This document shows positions 28,785 through 40,261 of a stretch of 64,000 bases of DNA, in pieces. The position numbers and the translations under genes are program-made. Under the pieces are notes generated by a model. It was not told the DNA's origin and made no database searches. It saw only the letters and a program-made list of their open reading frames with translations. The stretch's first letter is position 1, and each line of letters starts with the position of its first letter. Origin of the DNA: a virus; the IMG/VR virus record IMGVR_UViG_3300010430_000013, positions 1 to 64,000 of that record; one strand, 5' to 3'.

Positions 28785-28822
28785 TGCAAGCGCCGAAGTC
28801 GCCCGCCGCTTGTAGTTTTTTT
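28785..28822 (+). terminator. Probable terminator closing the cassette array
   Basis: GCAAGCG/CGCTTGT stem followed by AG and T7. Confidence 0.45.
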
Positions 28823-28914
28823 ATTGTTGTGCGACCAGGAGATAATTTTATAGGAATTTTTTCTGCGCTCATTCTTTTGTTGTTGACTGAAGTTAAACTC
28901 TAAGGACCATAAAT

Positions 28915-31290
28915 ATGTTAAATATTCTTGCTGCTTTCGGTGTGCTGCTTCTAGCGAGTTTTCCATTGATTGTTGGATACAAGATCATTCGATGGGTTCT
29001 CACAATTGAAAGAAGAATTGATGTAGTGGCTAACGCTATTAACGAAGTGGCTCGCACGCAGATGGCCTCAAGCCCTGCGCTGGCTATTTCATCTGAAACG
29101 TCTGAAACTCAAATGGGCTTTGTCCAAGGAACCTACCATGAAGAAGATGGGAATTCATAATTTCCTGCTATTGGTCTATTTATTTCTGTTTCTCTTTGCG
29201 GTGTTTGTGCCGCTCGGCATTTGGAAACTTTTGGAGATTTTATTCTGATGCCCAGCTATGAACTTGGTAGAGCCACCATTGATTATATTTCTGGTAAAAA
29301 TTCTGATCCATGCGATAATTGCGGTACCACTCATGCAACAATGTATTCTGTTGGACTAGCGAAATCGCCTGGAGAAGAAAAGAACATTTCCTGGACCCTT
29401 TGTGTTACTTGTAGATCCCACCTAGAAGGCGTATTTAATGAGCACACAGAGGACTGGGATTCAATCTTCTATTAAGTTGAGGTGAAATGATAGACTTAAT
29501 AAACGCAATAGCTATTGTTGTATTGGTATTCTATTGCTTTTATTGGCTACTTTGGATTAGTAAGGTTGAAAAATACATTGACTCTAAGGAAAAAGAGAAT
29601 GGACAATAAACTAGTCATCACTACAAAAGCGTACAGCGAATTAACCTATATTTTGAGGGAGCTGGTAGATGAAATACATGAATCACGCAGATGCTATCTT
29701 GTAGATGCTTTAAAAAAACTAGATGATGAGATTTACACAACAAATCAAGAGGCATGGCAAAATTTTTAATCCATATTCTGATAACAGCTGGCCTTCAATA
29801 ATCATAGCCCTCGCTTTAGTTGCGCTTTTATGTGGGTGGCTAATATATTCTCAAGAGAAACCAAAAGGTCCAATCATTCAAACTTGTGAGATGTGTGGGT
29901 CTGAATGGGAAGTATATCCTAGAGACCCAAACAGGCCAGTCCCATCCACTGTGGAATGGTGCTTTAATGATGGGTCATACTGTGAAGAAGGTTTCAAGAT
30001 GATTATCGAATCAATGGAACACGGAGAAACTCCTGAACAAAATGTTCAATGGATCAATCATTGTATGAGGTGTAAGGGCTGTAGGTGTGCCGCATTTAGT
30101 CCTGAAAGGTGGAAAGAACTAATGGAAGCTTTGGAGAGAATCTAATGGAATTTTTTATATTTCTGATATTATGGCTAGCGGCTGTCGCGATAGTGTTTAT
30201 CATGTACTTCATAATGTATGACATGAACAGAAGATTTTCAAGGAATGGCTTCCGTAGTTAATTATGAATTAATTGAGATGCAAAAATGAGTAACTATATT
30301 GGACTTCAACTTAGAGTTTCTAGAAAATTTCTTTTTATCCCCAGGAAAGTAGGAAAAAGGCTTATGTGGCTTCGCTGGGTTAAAGAAGTAAATTTTTGGT
30401 TTGATCCTCACAATTGCTGCATCCCTAGGTGGGCTCATGTTTGTTTCTACGTACCGAAGTATCTAAGGATAAATAATGATTGAGTTTCTAACTTTTTTTG
30501 GTGGAATGTCACTGGTGATGCTCGGTATCGTGGGTGTGTTTTTTACAATACATTTCATCTGTGAGACTTACGATTGGAGAAACAAGACAAAGAACCAAAT
30601 TTCGGATCTTCAGTCAAGGGTACAAGAACTTGAAAACAAGGAACAGTAATGCATCACATAACATGCGGCGAATATTGGATTAATTACAATTCAGATTTTA
30701 GTGGTGACCTCCACATTAGAAAAGATGATTTTTTTGTAAAGCTTCCTATGGAACTTTTCGAAGCTATAGTTGCCCAAAAAATTCGAACTGAAATGATTAC
30801 AACTTTAGAGAATGCTGATAATCAAACAATTCTTTATGGGAAGAACCATGAAAAATAACGATATGCTGGTCAAAATGCCATGAGTTTCAGTGAAGAAATT
30901 TTAGCACACACAGCAAAAGATGGTCTACTTTCTGTAGAAGAGAAATTTTTATTTCTGCCTAAAAAAATAGATGGTAAATTTTACTGGTTAAGAAAAGTCA
31001 AAATGCTATCGTTTTCAGTGGTTTTGGACGTACGGTTCAGAAAATTATCAATTTTATTACATTCCTAAATACATTAAATTACCATGAGAGTATATGAACC
31101 CGGAACAACCGTATTTATTGGAGATGGTACCATTCAAGGAGAGCTTTTGAAGGTGTGTATATGCAATGAAAATTACGTTAAATATCAGGTCGTTTGGTGG
31201 AATGGCGGGGAAAGAAAAGTAAAGTGGTTAGATTATAGGGAAATTCATACTAACTATAACAGCGAAACCATTAGAATAGACTACGAATAA
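28915..31290 (+). other. Run of small hypothetical phage ORFs, several membrane-anchored or Cys-rich
   Basis: 28915-29160, 29221-29475, 29515-29769, 29723-30145, 30286-30483, 30649-30858, 30880-31068, 31084-31290. Confidence 0.55.
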
Positions 31291-31991
31291 TGGATTTTGG
31301 TGTATGTAAGGTATACACCCGACCCACCCGAAACAATGGAAAAATGATCATTCTAAGTGACCTACATTTAGGCTCTAATCGTAACTATCTATATAACTTA
31401 AACAGGTGGCTAAAAAAGGAGAATAAAGACCAAGAAGTAGTTCTGCTTGGGGACACGTTCGACGATTATAAGAAAAGGTTTCTAACCTATGACGACTTGG
31501 TGTTTCTGGAGAGAGTTAGAGAATTCAATTCAGTTCACATATTTCCTGGAAATCACGACGCTCAAGTCTTTCGGAATCATTCTCACCACTTTGCGTCTTA
31601 TTGTGGGAAAATGCACTGCAATCTAGATAACCTTCCAGTTCATCTAACCCCCAACATCTTGGCCTTGCATGGCGACCATTGGGACAGAACAAACCCAATC
31701 CTTATGAGATGCGCAGATGTAGTGTACGACTTAATGCTGGCTAATAACAGAACCGGTTACGGCTGGATCAAACAGCTAGCTAAAAGACGCTGCATAAATT
31801 CTTTTCTAAAAAATGCAAAAATTTTGTTTGAGGAAAAGCCTGAAGTAGACTATATATTAGTAGGCCATCTTCATCAGCAACAGTCGTGGGAGCTACTTCC
31901 CGGTAAGACACTAGTGTGCTCTGGATGCTTTGTTGAGGAGGAAACTTTCCTAACTGTCCAGGGCAAAACCATAACCATGAGAAGGTTTTAA
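31290..31991 (+). CDS. Calcineurin-like metallophosphoesterase (LpxH-like)
   Basis: SDLHLG, LGDTFD, PGNHD, HGDHWD, GHLH. Confidence 0.85.
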   Translation: MDFGVCKVYTRPTRNNGKMIILSDLHLGSNRNYLYNLNRWLKKENKDQEVVLLGDTFDDYKKRFLTYDDLVFLERVREFNSVHIFPGNHDAQVFRNHSHHFASYCGKMHCNLDNLPVHLTPNILALHGDHWDRTNPILMRCADVVYDLMLANNRTGYGWIKQLAKRRCINSFLKNAKILFEEKPEVDYILVGHLHQQQSWELLPGKTLVCSGCFVEEETFLTVQGKTITMRRF

Positions 31992-31993
31992 AT

Positions 31994-32539
31994 ATGAAAA
32001 AGTTCATTATTTTAATGGCGCTTTTTGCCATGTCGATTGGCTGTCAGAGAGTTCCGCAGTATACTGTCGAACTAGTAGATGTTGTCCCAGATGCTCCGGG
32101 ACCTAATCCGACCCCCCGACCAAATTCCAATAAGGTTCAGACGGGCAGGGTTTACGAGCCAAGAACCTACAAAGAATACAACGATTTAGTCCAGAAGGCA
32201 GTCAAAGCTAAGCAGCCTGTCGCGATTAATATTGGGACTACTTGGTGTGGCTACTGCGTGAAGATGACTCCTCACTTCAAGAAGCTATCTAAAGAAATGA
32301 CCAAAGTTGTCTTTATTAAGGCTACAGTGGACAAGTGGTCCGAAGATGATAGAGTCCGACTGACTATCTTGGCAAAGATCAAGGGCTACCCTAAGACCTT
32401 TATTAAGTATCCCGACCGAGAATGGAAAAACAATACTGGGTATATGGAAGAGTCTGTTCTCCGAAATTACCTCAGCGAACGTTACAATCTAACTAACTCC
32501 CTTTATTACGGCGAAAGAACCCTGTTAAATGAAAATTAA
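31994..32539 (+). CDS. Thioredoxin-family lipoprotein
   Basis: Lipobox-like SIGC; WCGYC active site; GYP cis-Pro motif. Confidence 0.8.
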   Translation: MKKFIILMALFAMSIGCQRVPQYTVELVDVVPDAPGPNPTPRPNSNKVQTGRVYEPRTYKEYNDLVQKAVKAKQPVAINIGTTWCGYCVKMTPHFKKLSKEMTKVVFIKATVDKWSEDDRVRLTILAKIKGYPKTFIKYPDREWKNNTGYMEESVLRNYLSERYNLTNSLYYGERTLLNEN

Positions 32540-33509
32540 ATTCGAAACTCTAGAGAAAAAAGAGTTGTTCGCAATTGACGCTCTTGTAGATCACTTGTCT
32601 CAAAATGTGCATGATGCGGTAGCCGACAATGTCGCTCCGTACGAACAGCACATGTATTCAGAAGACGCTATTCATTTTCCCGGAGCTGGCTATGGAAAAA
32701 TGTGTACGGCTGGATTTCCTCAGTTTTGCTTTGGCGATGACTGGTGGGATGAAAACTTCTTCTTGGCTGAGTATGACTTTACGGGAGTTAACTACGGCCC
32801 CAAAAGCGGCACAGTAGTAGCACCGGATATTGTACTGTCCGCCGAGCACCACGGTAATCTAACCAGCACCAGTTCTCCATTGCCTGATTATTTGTATTTT
32901 TATGACCAAGATGGAGTGGAATATCAAAGATCTATCGTAGGTCATATGTATGTTCCGGGCTCTGGTGACTTGAGAGTTAATAAGCTTGACTCACCGCTGC
33001 CCGCTGAAATCAAGGTTTACAGCTTGCCTGACCCAGATTTTCATGCTGATGATTATAGATTAGCTAATGCAGTTTACATGGATCAAGACGACAATGTATA
33101 TATTGGCAAGTTGGCCAATTATACTCCAGCAGACGTATCAGACGTTAATGATCAGTACCAGAGATTAATTAAAGATACCGTCCCTTATGTAGACGAATGG
33201 GAAGGTGCAGTAGGAGGAGACTCTAGCCATCCAACCTTTATCCTCAATGGAAACGGCGAACTGGTTCTGGCATCAGTTATGCACAAGGGACCGTCTCCAG
33301 CGGGTCCAGACCTTGGGGACCCTGTGGTTCAAGCAAATCTGCAATCTGCTATGGCTACTTTGGGTTCTACATATTCCCTACAAACTGTTGAATGGGGAGT
33401 TCCTGCTGATTGGGAGGCTCCAGCACCCGCGTCTGTTGATGCTATATTTGCATCCTTTGAAGAAGTGGGAGGAAGACGAACGCGAACTGTTAGACAGACT
33501 TGGTCTTAA
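32529..33509 (+). CDS. Trypsin-like protease with planctomycete-type N-terminal motif
   Basis: KFETLEKKELFA resembles the Planc_extracel motif; LSAEHH, GDLRV, GGDSSHP. Confidence 0.6.
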   Translation: MKIKFETLEKKELFAIDALVDHLSQNVHDAVADNVAPYEQHMYSEDAIHFPGAGYGKMCTAGFPQFCFGDDWWDENFFLAEYDFTGVNYGPKSGTVVAPDIVLSAEHHGNLTSTSSPLPDYLYFYDQDGVEYQRSIVGHMYVPGSGDLRVNKLDSPLPAEIKVYSLPDPDFHADDYRLANAVYMDQDDNVYIGKLANYTPADVSDVNDQYQRLIKDTVPYVDEWEGAVGGDSSHPTFILNGNGELVLASVMHKGPSPAGPDLGDPVVQANLQSAMATLGSTYSLQTVEWGVPADWEAPAPASVDAIFASFEEVGGRRTRTVRQTWS

Positions 33510-33922
33510 TAATGATTAAAAGCTACAAAAAACGAAAAATAGATTTAACTTCAAAGGTGCAGGTTTATAAAAATTTACACAAAGATTGTTACTCAATAAG
33601 ACAAAACGGCCTGGTGGTAGGGCATGCCGACAAGGTAGTCCTGTGGGGATGCGCTTTCAAAGTAAGCAAAATGGGTGTCCAAAAGATACGGAAAGAAAAA
33701 AAGAAATCCGTAATTGCTTACGTGGAAGGAAATATTTCTCCATGTCGTAGGCCAATAACCAGGGTCTTTGAGCAGAATCTTGAAAATGAAAAAATTTCAT
33801 CAGACTTCACCTTTAATCCCTATAAAAACGAGGAGTTTATATGCACCAAGACACAAACCCCACTGAAGACGGCAGCGTATTGTCTCTTGGATTCCAAGAG
33901 AAGAAAGGTCGTCCTTTGGTAA
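33500..33922 (+). CDS. Conserved hypothetical phage protein
   Basis: VQVYKNLHKDCYSI..GLVVGH, KKKSVIAYVEG, FNPYK. Confidence 0.65.
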   Translation: MVLIMIKSYKKRKIDLTSKVQVYKNLHKDCYSIRQNGLVVGHADKVVLWGCAFKVSKMGVQKIRKEKKKSVIAYVEGNISPCRRPITRVFEQNLENEKISSDFTFNPYKNEEFICTKTQTPLKTAAYCLLDSKRRKVVLW

Positions 33923-34197
33923 CTTTCGGCGTAGATAGCGCCGGACAACTGGTAATTAAACTTCACGAGGGAGCAACTTCTGACGCAGAGTCATTGTCTG
34001 CGGCTATGTTTTACCTGACTCAGAAACCAGAAATTGTAGAGCAAAAACTTATCCAGGCCGTTCAAAATATTCTTTTGAATAATCCAGAAAAAGCCACGGA
34101 AATGGCGAACGCTTTGACCAGATTTAAAACCTTGGTAGCCTTAACTTCGGTTGAAAGACCAACTATGAGTGGTTACGATGTTTTTGTAGGATAATAA

Positions 34198-34632
34198 ATG
34201 ACTGATTTAGAAAAAGAAAAGTACATTAACGTTTCTGAGCGGCAAATTGATTTTAAGCCCATTACTGAAAGTGATTTTTTCGAATCTACGGAAGAAATGG
34301 TATACTCTGCCCAGGAAGCCGAACAAGTAGCGTCCCATCCATTATCTAATATTTACGCAAATAACTTGAGATGGGCGCTCAGTTCCTTTAATTTGTTCGA
34401 ATTTCACACAAATTTTCCAATTACAGAGCAAGTTCTGGACACAATTGAAAAAACCGCAGGAGTTGAAAGCATTTCTCAGTATACTAAGTACCGTGGGATT
34501 ATCAGCGTTGGGCGGCTTTTTGATGATGTTGTCGTCAGAAATGATATTCGAGAGGGTATTACCAAAACTTTCCAGAAGCAGAACGAAGACATCGAACCGC
34601 TTTTAAATGAACAAACTAAAGAGGAGGACTGA
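34198..34632 (+). CDS. Hypothetical protein
   Basis: HTNFPIT...IEKTAGVE....TKYR..ISVGRLFD pattern. Confidence 0.6.
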   Translation: MTDLEKEKYINVSERQIDFKPITESDFFESTEEMVYSAQEAEQVASHPLSNIYANNLRWALSSFNLFEFHTNFPITEQVLDTIEKTAGVESISQYTKYRGIISVGRLFDDVVVRNDIREGITKTFQKQNEDIEPLLNEQTKEED

Positions 34633-34633
34633 T

Positions 34634-34648
34634 ATGGTGTATATTATA
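34634..34648 (+). promoter_or_regulatory. Putative phage promoter ATGGTGTATATTATA
   Basis: Recurring motif in the intergenic gap. Confidence 0.5.
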
Positions 34649-34698
34649 ACAGGAATACCTTTATTTCTTGTTAATATAGCCAATAAGTGAGACAAATC

Positions 34699-35145
34699 AT
34701 GAGTGAGTTCATTCCGAATAATGCTGTGGATGGCAATCAGGTTGAAAGGGGCGCTATTTGGGGCGTAAAAAGCTCTAGCAACTCGGCTGCTGTGCAAGCA
34801 CATTACTTTACTGCACTTCCTTCGGGTTCGACGGACGCTACCAGTTCGCTGGTTTGTAGCCCGTCAAACGTAGGTGATTATGCCTGTACCCCTTGGACTG
34901 GCAAAAACGTTGTCGATTATAATAGCTGTCAGGAGCAATTGTGCCCTGCTACGGCAGAAACTATCGCAGACAACACTGAGTCGTACACAGTAACCTTGTG
35001 GGACGACCAGCAAAAATGCGCAACAAAGTATCAGTTTGCTAGCTGTGGGGGAGACCCTAAAAGCGGTGAACCAATCACTTCCTGGGATGCTGCACAGGTG
35101 TCTGGAGTATCTGCTCCAGGTAGTGACGCAGATCAAACAATTTAA
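34699..35145 (+). CDS. Hypothetical Cys-containing protein
   Basis: Open frame downstream of the promoter motif. Confidence 0.6.
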   Translation: MSEFIPNNAVDGNQVERGAIWGVKSSSNSAAVQAHYFTALPSGSTDATSSLVCSPSNVGDYACTPWTGKNVVDYNSCQEQLCPATAETIADNTESYTVTLWDDQQKCATKYQFASCGGDPKSGEPITSWDAAQVSGVSAPGSDADQTI

Positions 35146-35178
35146 TTTTAAACTAGCTATATTAACAGGACACGATTT

Positions 35179-36433
35179 ATGTCTGGATTTGACTATGAGC
35201 TTTGGTTAGTAGAACGGGACAACACCGGGAAACCGGTGTTGAACTCGTTTGGGAATCCCCGATACAAAAAAATGACATCTAACGATGCTAATGATGTATC
35301 GGCTTTCTTCGATAAGTATTCGGGAAAGAAGCGCAAAAAGAAGACTAAAAAAACTAAAAAATAATCAGGTCAAGGATTTGTACATGTCAGAATTTTTCAT
35401 ACCACGAAGAGACCTGTTAGAAATAAATTGTTTCTCTATCAATAGGATTTTATTTGAACCAGAAGGCGTTCCAGGTAGGTTTTCTGCTATGAGGCTTTCT
35501 ATTCTGGTGCAGCTTTTATCTCGAAACGGCGTTCAGGCTGATGCGGTTGAAAACATGTTTAGAGAATCAGCCGCAAAATGCACAACTGGAATTAGATTTA
35601 ACACTTCTAAAAATGAATTAATCTATGAGTAATATTTATACTACAGAGGCCGGAACCGGTCAATTCTTGATGAATGATGCATCGGGGAATATGACTTGGT
35701 CTGACCCAGTTTACGCTTCTACAACGAACTCAGTCTACGATACTTGGTCTGGGACCAATCAATGGAACTACACAATAAAAGTTCCTAACCCTAATGAAGA
35801 ACTCCCAGAAACATTAAAACAGATAACCGACCACACTCTTGAAGAATGCTGGAAGGACTCACGAGTCAAGTGCTTTAGTTCTAGAGAAGAGCTATATTCC
35901 TACATCGACTCACTAGAATATGAGTCTACGGTTTTCTTCCATGAAGAGATTTCCAAAAAGGTAAAGCCTAAAACTATTCTTCATGTATTTAAAGATTATG
36001 GGCGAGTTGGACTAATCCTCAGTGGCGACTCAAGTGAAATTTTCTTCGTTAAAGATGAATAGCTCTGATTTAATCCCAATACTGGCTATGCTGCTGTATT
36101 CTACACAGGGCTTCATATTACTACATAAAAGGCAGTACGGATTTGCCTTAATGTGGTTTTCTTATGCTGTAGCAAACATCGGCATCTTAATTGCACAAAG
36201 AAAATAAAATGAATTGGAAATATTATCCATTAGAGTCGCCCAAGCGGGCTGGAAAATATTTGGTCGTACTTGAGTGCATGGGCGAACGTTGGGTTTCTAT
36301 TAAACCTTGGGGTCAAACGCAAGTTCATAGCGGAAGCTCATTTGGTCACAAACAAGAAAAGTGCTGGTTTCTGGGCATGGAATTTAAAGATACGCAAGTT
36401 GTAAAGTGGTGTGAGATACCACCTTGGGAATAG
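35179..36433 (+). other. Run of small hypothetical ORFs; the last (36209-36433) is DUF551-like
   Basis: 35179-35364, 35285-35632, 35625-36062, 36022-36207; MNW...P...GKYLV...VVKWCEIP. Confidence 0.5.
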
Positions 36434-36518
36434 TCAAAAAAAACTTGATGACGTAACTCGTTGATTGGTGTAGAATACTATTAGCCAATTAATTTAACCC
36501 AACAATGGACGTATCCCA

Positions 36519-39515
36519 ATGGAAAACAATCTTCCCACCCCTTACCAAGAGTTCATTCATCTTTCACGTTACGCTCGATGGCTTCCAGAAGAAAAAAGAC
36601 GAGAGACTTGGGAAGAAACGGTTGATAGATTAGTTAACTTCTTTGAAGAGCACCTTAAGGAAAACTTTGACTTTGAGTTAGGCAAGGCAAAAAACCGCCT
36701 CCGCAAAGGAATCTTGAATCTTCAGGTTGTTCCAAGCATGAGGGCGCTTTGGGCTGCTGGTCCCGCTGCATCACGCGATAATGTGGCATGTTACAACTGT
36801 TCAGCTTTGCCTATCGACAAGCCCGCATCTTTTGATGAATTATTTTATATTTTAATGAATGGCTGTGGCGTCGGATTCTCAGTTGAACGACAGTTTATCA
36901 ACAAGCTTCCTGAGGTGTCTGATAGCTTCCATGAGTCCGATACAACCATCGTGGTGAGTGATAGCACCATCGGCTGGTGCAAGGCGTTAAAAGAGCTTAT
37001 AGGCATGCTCTACGTGGGGCAGGTTCCAAGATGGGATCTATCGAAGATTCGCCCTGCCGGAACTCCACTTAAAACCAAAGGCGGTCGAGCTTCTGGTGGC
37101 GAAATTCTCGGTCAACTGTTTGACTTTGTTGTAGTTACCTTTAAGGGTGCATCGGGCCGAAAGCTAAACTCTCTTGAGTGTCACGATATCTGCTGCAAAA
37201 TTGCTGAAATCGTAACCGTCGGAGGTTGTCGCCGTTCAGCTTTGCTGAGTTTGTCCAATTTGTCAGATTTACGCATGAGAGAAGCAAAAGTTGGGCGTTG
37301 GTGGGAAGAAAGCGCTCAACGTGCAATGGCAAACAACAGTGTGGCTTACACAGAAAAGCCAGATATGGGCATCTTTATGGAAGAATGGAAGTCCCTCTAT
37401 GACAGTAAATCTGGCGAGAGAGGTATCTTTAATCGGGAGTCTTGCAAAAAAATTATCGAAAAGATTGGTCGCAGGGATACTGATTTTGAGTTTTTAACTA
37501 ATCCGTGTGTCACATCTGATACATGGATTGATACTTCCGAAGGTCCGATTCAAGCATTCAATCTGATCAACAAGCCATTTCTGGCAACAGTAAATGGAAA
37601 AAATTATGAATGTAAAACAGGTTTCTTTAAAACGGGACATAAAGATGTTTACGAAATCGAAACCTCTCGCGGATACTCAATTAAATGCACCTCTGACCAC
37701 AAAATCTTAACAATTAAAGAAGGTCAAGAGCTTTGGGTTGAGGCGCAACATCTAGACGAGAGTTCAAATATCTGTATTAATCAGCTTGTTCATCAGGATG
37801 ATTACGATTTGGATTTGAATGAATTTCATCAAGGTTGGCTAATGGGGGAAGTAGCTGGAGACGGCGGTCACAATCCTGAAAAATATCCTTCGTATGTCAG
37901 ATTCTGGGGACATAATCGACATCAAATGTCGTCTATGGCTCACGATTTCGTTAAAGATTTGCCTTATGATTCGCACAGGCCAACAGCGCTTGCTGATGAT
38001 CCCACTGACAACGGAACTTATAGTCAATCGGCCAGCAGAGCGCTTGACGAGCTACTGGAGGGCATGCTTGAGCCAGAAACCAAGAATATCCTGCCAGCCC
38101 TAGAGGGGGCGTCAGACTCTACTGTGAGAGGCTTCTTGAGGGGCATTTTTGATGCTGATGGAACCGTGCTTTTTAATAAAGAGAAGGGGCGCTCAGTAAG
38201 GCTTGGTCAGAACAATTTAGACCGACTTAAGTCAGTTCAGAGAATGCTGCATCGTTTTGGTATTGAGTCTTCGGTTTATCAAAATCGAAAACCTGAAGGT
38301 TATTACGAAATGCCTGACGGAAAAGGAGGTAATAAAGAATACTTCTGTAAGGCTATGCATGAACTGGCTATCTCTCGTGAAAACATTTGCAAGTTTGCAG
38401 AATTAATTAATTTTTATGATGCTGACAAAAAAACAAAACTAACTGAGTGCATTGATTCGTTAAGTCGAACTCCGTATAAAGACAAAATGACCACGAATTT
38501 CGTGTCTCGTCGTCATATCGGTCAGCAAGACGTTTATGATTGCACAGTGGATGAAGTGCATCGGTTTGGAGCGAATGGAATTATTATTCATAATTGTAGC
38601 GAAATATTACTCAGACCTCGTGGATTCTGTAACCTCTCAGAAGTAATCCTTAGGGAGGATGATACAGAAGAAACAATCCTTGAAAAGATTGAACTAGCAA
38701 CAATTCTTGGAACCATCCAAAGCACCTTTACTAATTTTCGCTATCTTAGCAAAAACTGGAAGAAGAACGCAGACGAAGAGCGACTGCTTGGTGTTTCGAT
38801 GACTGGAATTATGGACTGTCCTCTTACGAATGATTCCGTAGAAGGTCTTGAAGGAAGGTTAGAGAGATTCAAAGAAAGGGCCATTGAAGTAAATAAAAAA
38901 TGGGCAAAGTCTATTGGTATTAATCAGTCTGCTGCTATTACCTGCGTTAAACCGTCAGGCAATACTTCACAGCTTTGCGACACTGCAAGTGGAATTCATA
39001 CTCGTCACTCTCCTTACTACATCAGAACGGTTAGGTCTGACAAAAAAGACCCGCTAACCAAACTAATGATTGATAAGGGGTTTCCATATGAGGACGAAAT
39101 TAACAATCCTCAAAATATTGCAGTGTTTAGTTTTCCAATTAAAGCTCCTGAGCAATCGTTTTTTAGAAATGATAAGACCGCTCTTGAGCAGCTAGAGCTT
39201 TGGAAGAAGTATCAGTTGCATTACTGTGAGCATAAGCCATCTATTACGGTTTCGGTAAAAGAAGACGAATGGCTTGAGGTTGGTGCCTGGGTTTATAAAA
39301 ACTTTGATTTGATGAGCGGCGTTTCTTTCTTGCCGTTCAGTGATCATGTCTATAAGCAAGCGCCTTATCAGGATTGCACTAAAGAACAATACGAAGAGCT
39401 TTTGGCAAAGATGCCGAAAACTATTGACTGGTCTGAACTATCTGCTTACGAGTCCTCGGATATGACTACCGGAGCACGAGAATTAGCATGTACTGCTGGA
39501 GGCTGCGAAATTTGA
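36519..39515 (+). CDS. nrdJ: Class II (AdoCbl-dependent) ribonucleotide reductase containing an intein
   Basis: FIHLSRYARW, PSMRALW.AG, YNCS, GCGVGFSV, GGCRRSA, TNP/CSEI, CVKPSGN, EHKPSIT, C-terminal ACTAGGCEI. Confidence 0.95.
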   Translation: MENNLPTPYQEFIHLSRYARWLPEEKRRETWEETVDRLVNFFEEHLKENFDFELGKAKNRLRKGILNLQVVPSMRALWAAGPAASRDNVACYNCSALPIDKPASFDELFYILMNGCGVGFSVERQFINKLPEVSDSFHESDTTIVVSDSTIGWCKALKELIGMLYVGQVPRWDLSKIRPAGTPLKTKGGRASGGEILGQLFDFVVVTFKGASGRKLNSLECHDICCKIAEIVTVGGCRRSALLSLSNLSDLRMREAKVGRWWEESAQRAMANNSVAYTEKPDMGIFMEEWKSLYDSKSGERGIFNRESCKKIIEKIGRRDTDFEFLTNPCVTSDTWIDTSEGPIQAFNLINKPFLATVNGKNYECKTGFFKTGHKDVYEIETSRGYSIKCTSDHKILTIKEGQELWVEAQHLDESSNICINQLVHQDDYDLDLNEFHQGWLMGEVAGDGGHNPEKYPSYVRFWGHNRHQMSSMAHDFVKDLPYDSHRPTALADDPTDNGTYSQSASRALDELLEGMLEPETKNILPALEGASDSTVRGFLRGIFDADGTVLFNKEKGRSVRLGQNNLDRLKSVQRMLHRFGIESSVYQNRKPEGYYEMPDGKGGNKEYFCKAMHELAISRENICKFAELINFYDADKKTKLTECIDSLSRTPYKDKMTTNFVSRRHIGQQDVYDCTVDEVHRFGANGIIIHNCSEILLRPRGFCNLSEVILREDDTEETILEKIELATILGTIQSTFTNFRYLSKNWKKNADEERLLGVSMTGIMDCPLTNDSVEGLEGRLERFKERAIEVNKKWAKSIGINQSAAITCVKPSGNTSQLCDTASGIHTRHSPYYIRTVRSDKKDPLTKLMIDKGFPYEDEINNPQNIAVFSFPIKAPEQSFFRNDKTALEQLELWKKYQLHYCEHKPSITVSVKEDEWLEVGAWVYKNFDLMSGVSFLPFSDHVYKQAPYQDCTKEQYEELLAKMPKTIDWSELSAYESSDMTTGARELACTAGGCEI
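37506..38594 (+). mobile_element. Intein (363 aa) with LAGLIDADG endonuclease in NrdJ
   Basis: TNP|CVTSDT..., CTSDH block B, WLMGEVAGDG and FLRGIFDADG, VYDCTV..IIHN|CSEI. Confidence 0.95.
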
Positions 39516-39696
39516 AGCCGTTAAAAGAATTAATAGATCTTAATGAAAACTTCTTCTGTGAATGGACCGGGGTAACGGATGACCCCGTAGGTTTGAAATA
39601 TAGCACTAAGTGTGGAAACACAGTCTTTGAATTTGAAACCAAGCCTCACGTTTCATGGAAATTTTGTCCATTCTGCGGAAAAATGCTGAAGCCATA

Positions 39697-39966
39697 ATGT
39701 ACATTCCAGATTTTAACGTACTAGACCAACTGAAACCTTGTCCGTTTTGCGGTGGGCCACCTCTTGTTATTGAGAATGACTCATATGGTGGATGCTTTGT
39801 AGAGTGTACAAAATGCGATATAGGCTTTATGGACGAAGCTGACAATCTACAAAATGTAGTTGAAATTTGGCAAACGCGCAAGTATCGCGAAAATCCATTC
39901 AATTTTCTCTATGAATTTGAGCATTGGTTTGCTTTTGAGGTTGCTATAAGAAACAATGACGACTAA
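39697..39966 (+). CDS. Lar-like zinc-ribbon protein
   Basis: LKPCPFCGG...VECTKC...IWQTR. Confidence 0.6.
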   Translation: MYIPDFNVLDQLKPCPFCGGPPLVIENDSYGGCFVECTKCDIGFMDEADNLQNVVEIWQTRKYRENPFNFLYEFEHWFAFEVAIRNNDD

Positions 39967-40261
39967 AATAAAGTGTCAGGAATGTTCGTCAACCGGAAAT
40001 GTCACAGTATTCGAAGATGGAGATAAGTTATGCGACAACTGTCTTTGTAAGAAGGCTAGACAAGGCGTAAAAGATTCTCTTAACAAGCGGTGCCCTAAAA
40101 AACATTGGGCTTTTGCCTTTCCTGAAATGGCAAATAAAGTTGGGATAGACATGAAGAAAATTTGTCCAGATTGCGAACTCGCTGTGGTCAAATTTGAAAA
40201 AGACTTGTGGACATGTCCTTCTTGTAAAACAGATTTTCCTAAAGAACGATTTAAACAATGA
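39956..40261 (+). CDS. Zinc-finger hypothetical protein
   Basis: Four CxxC pairs. Confidence 0.55.
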   Translation: MTTKIKCQECSSTGNVTVFEDGDKLCDNCLCKKARQGVKDSLNKRCPKKHWAFAFPEMANKVGIDMKKICPDCELAVVKFEKDLWTCPSCKTDFPKERFKQ

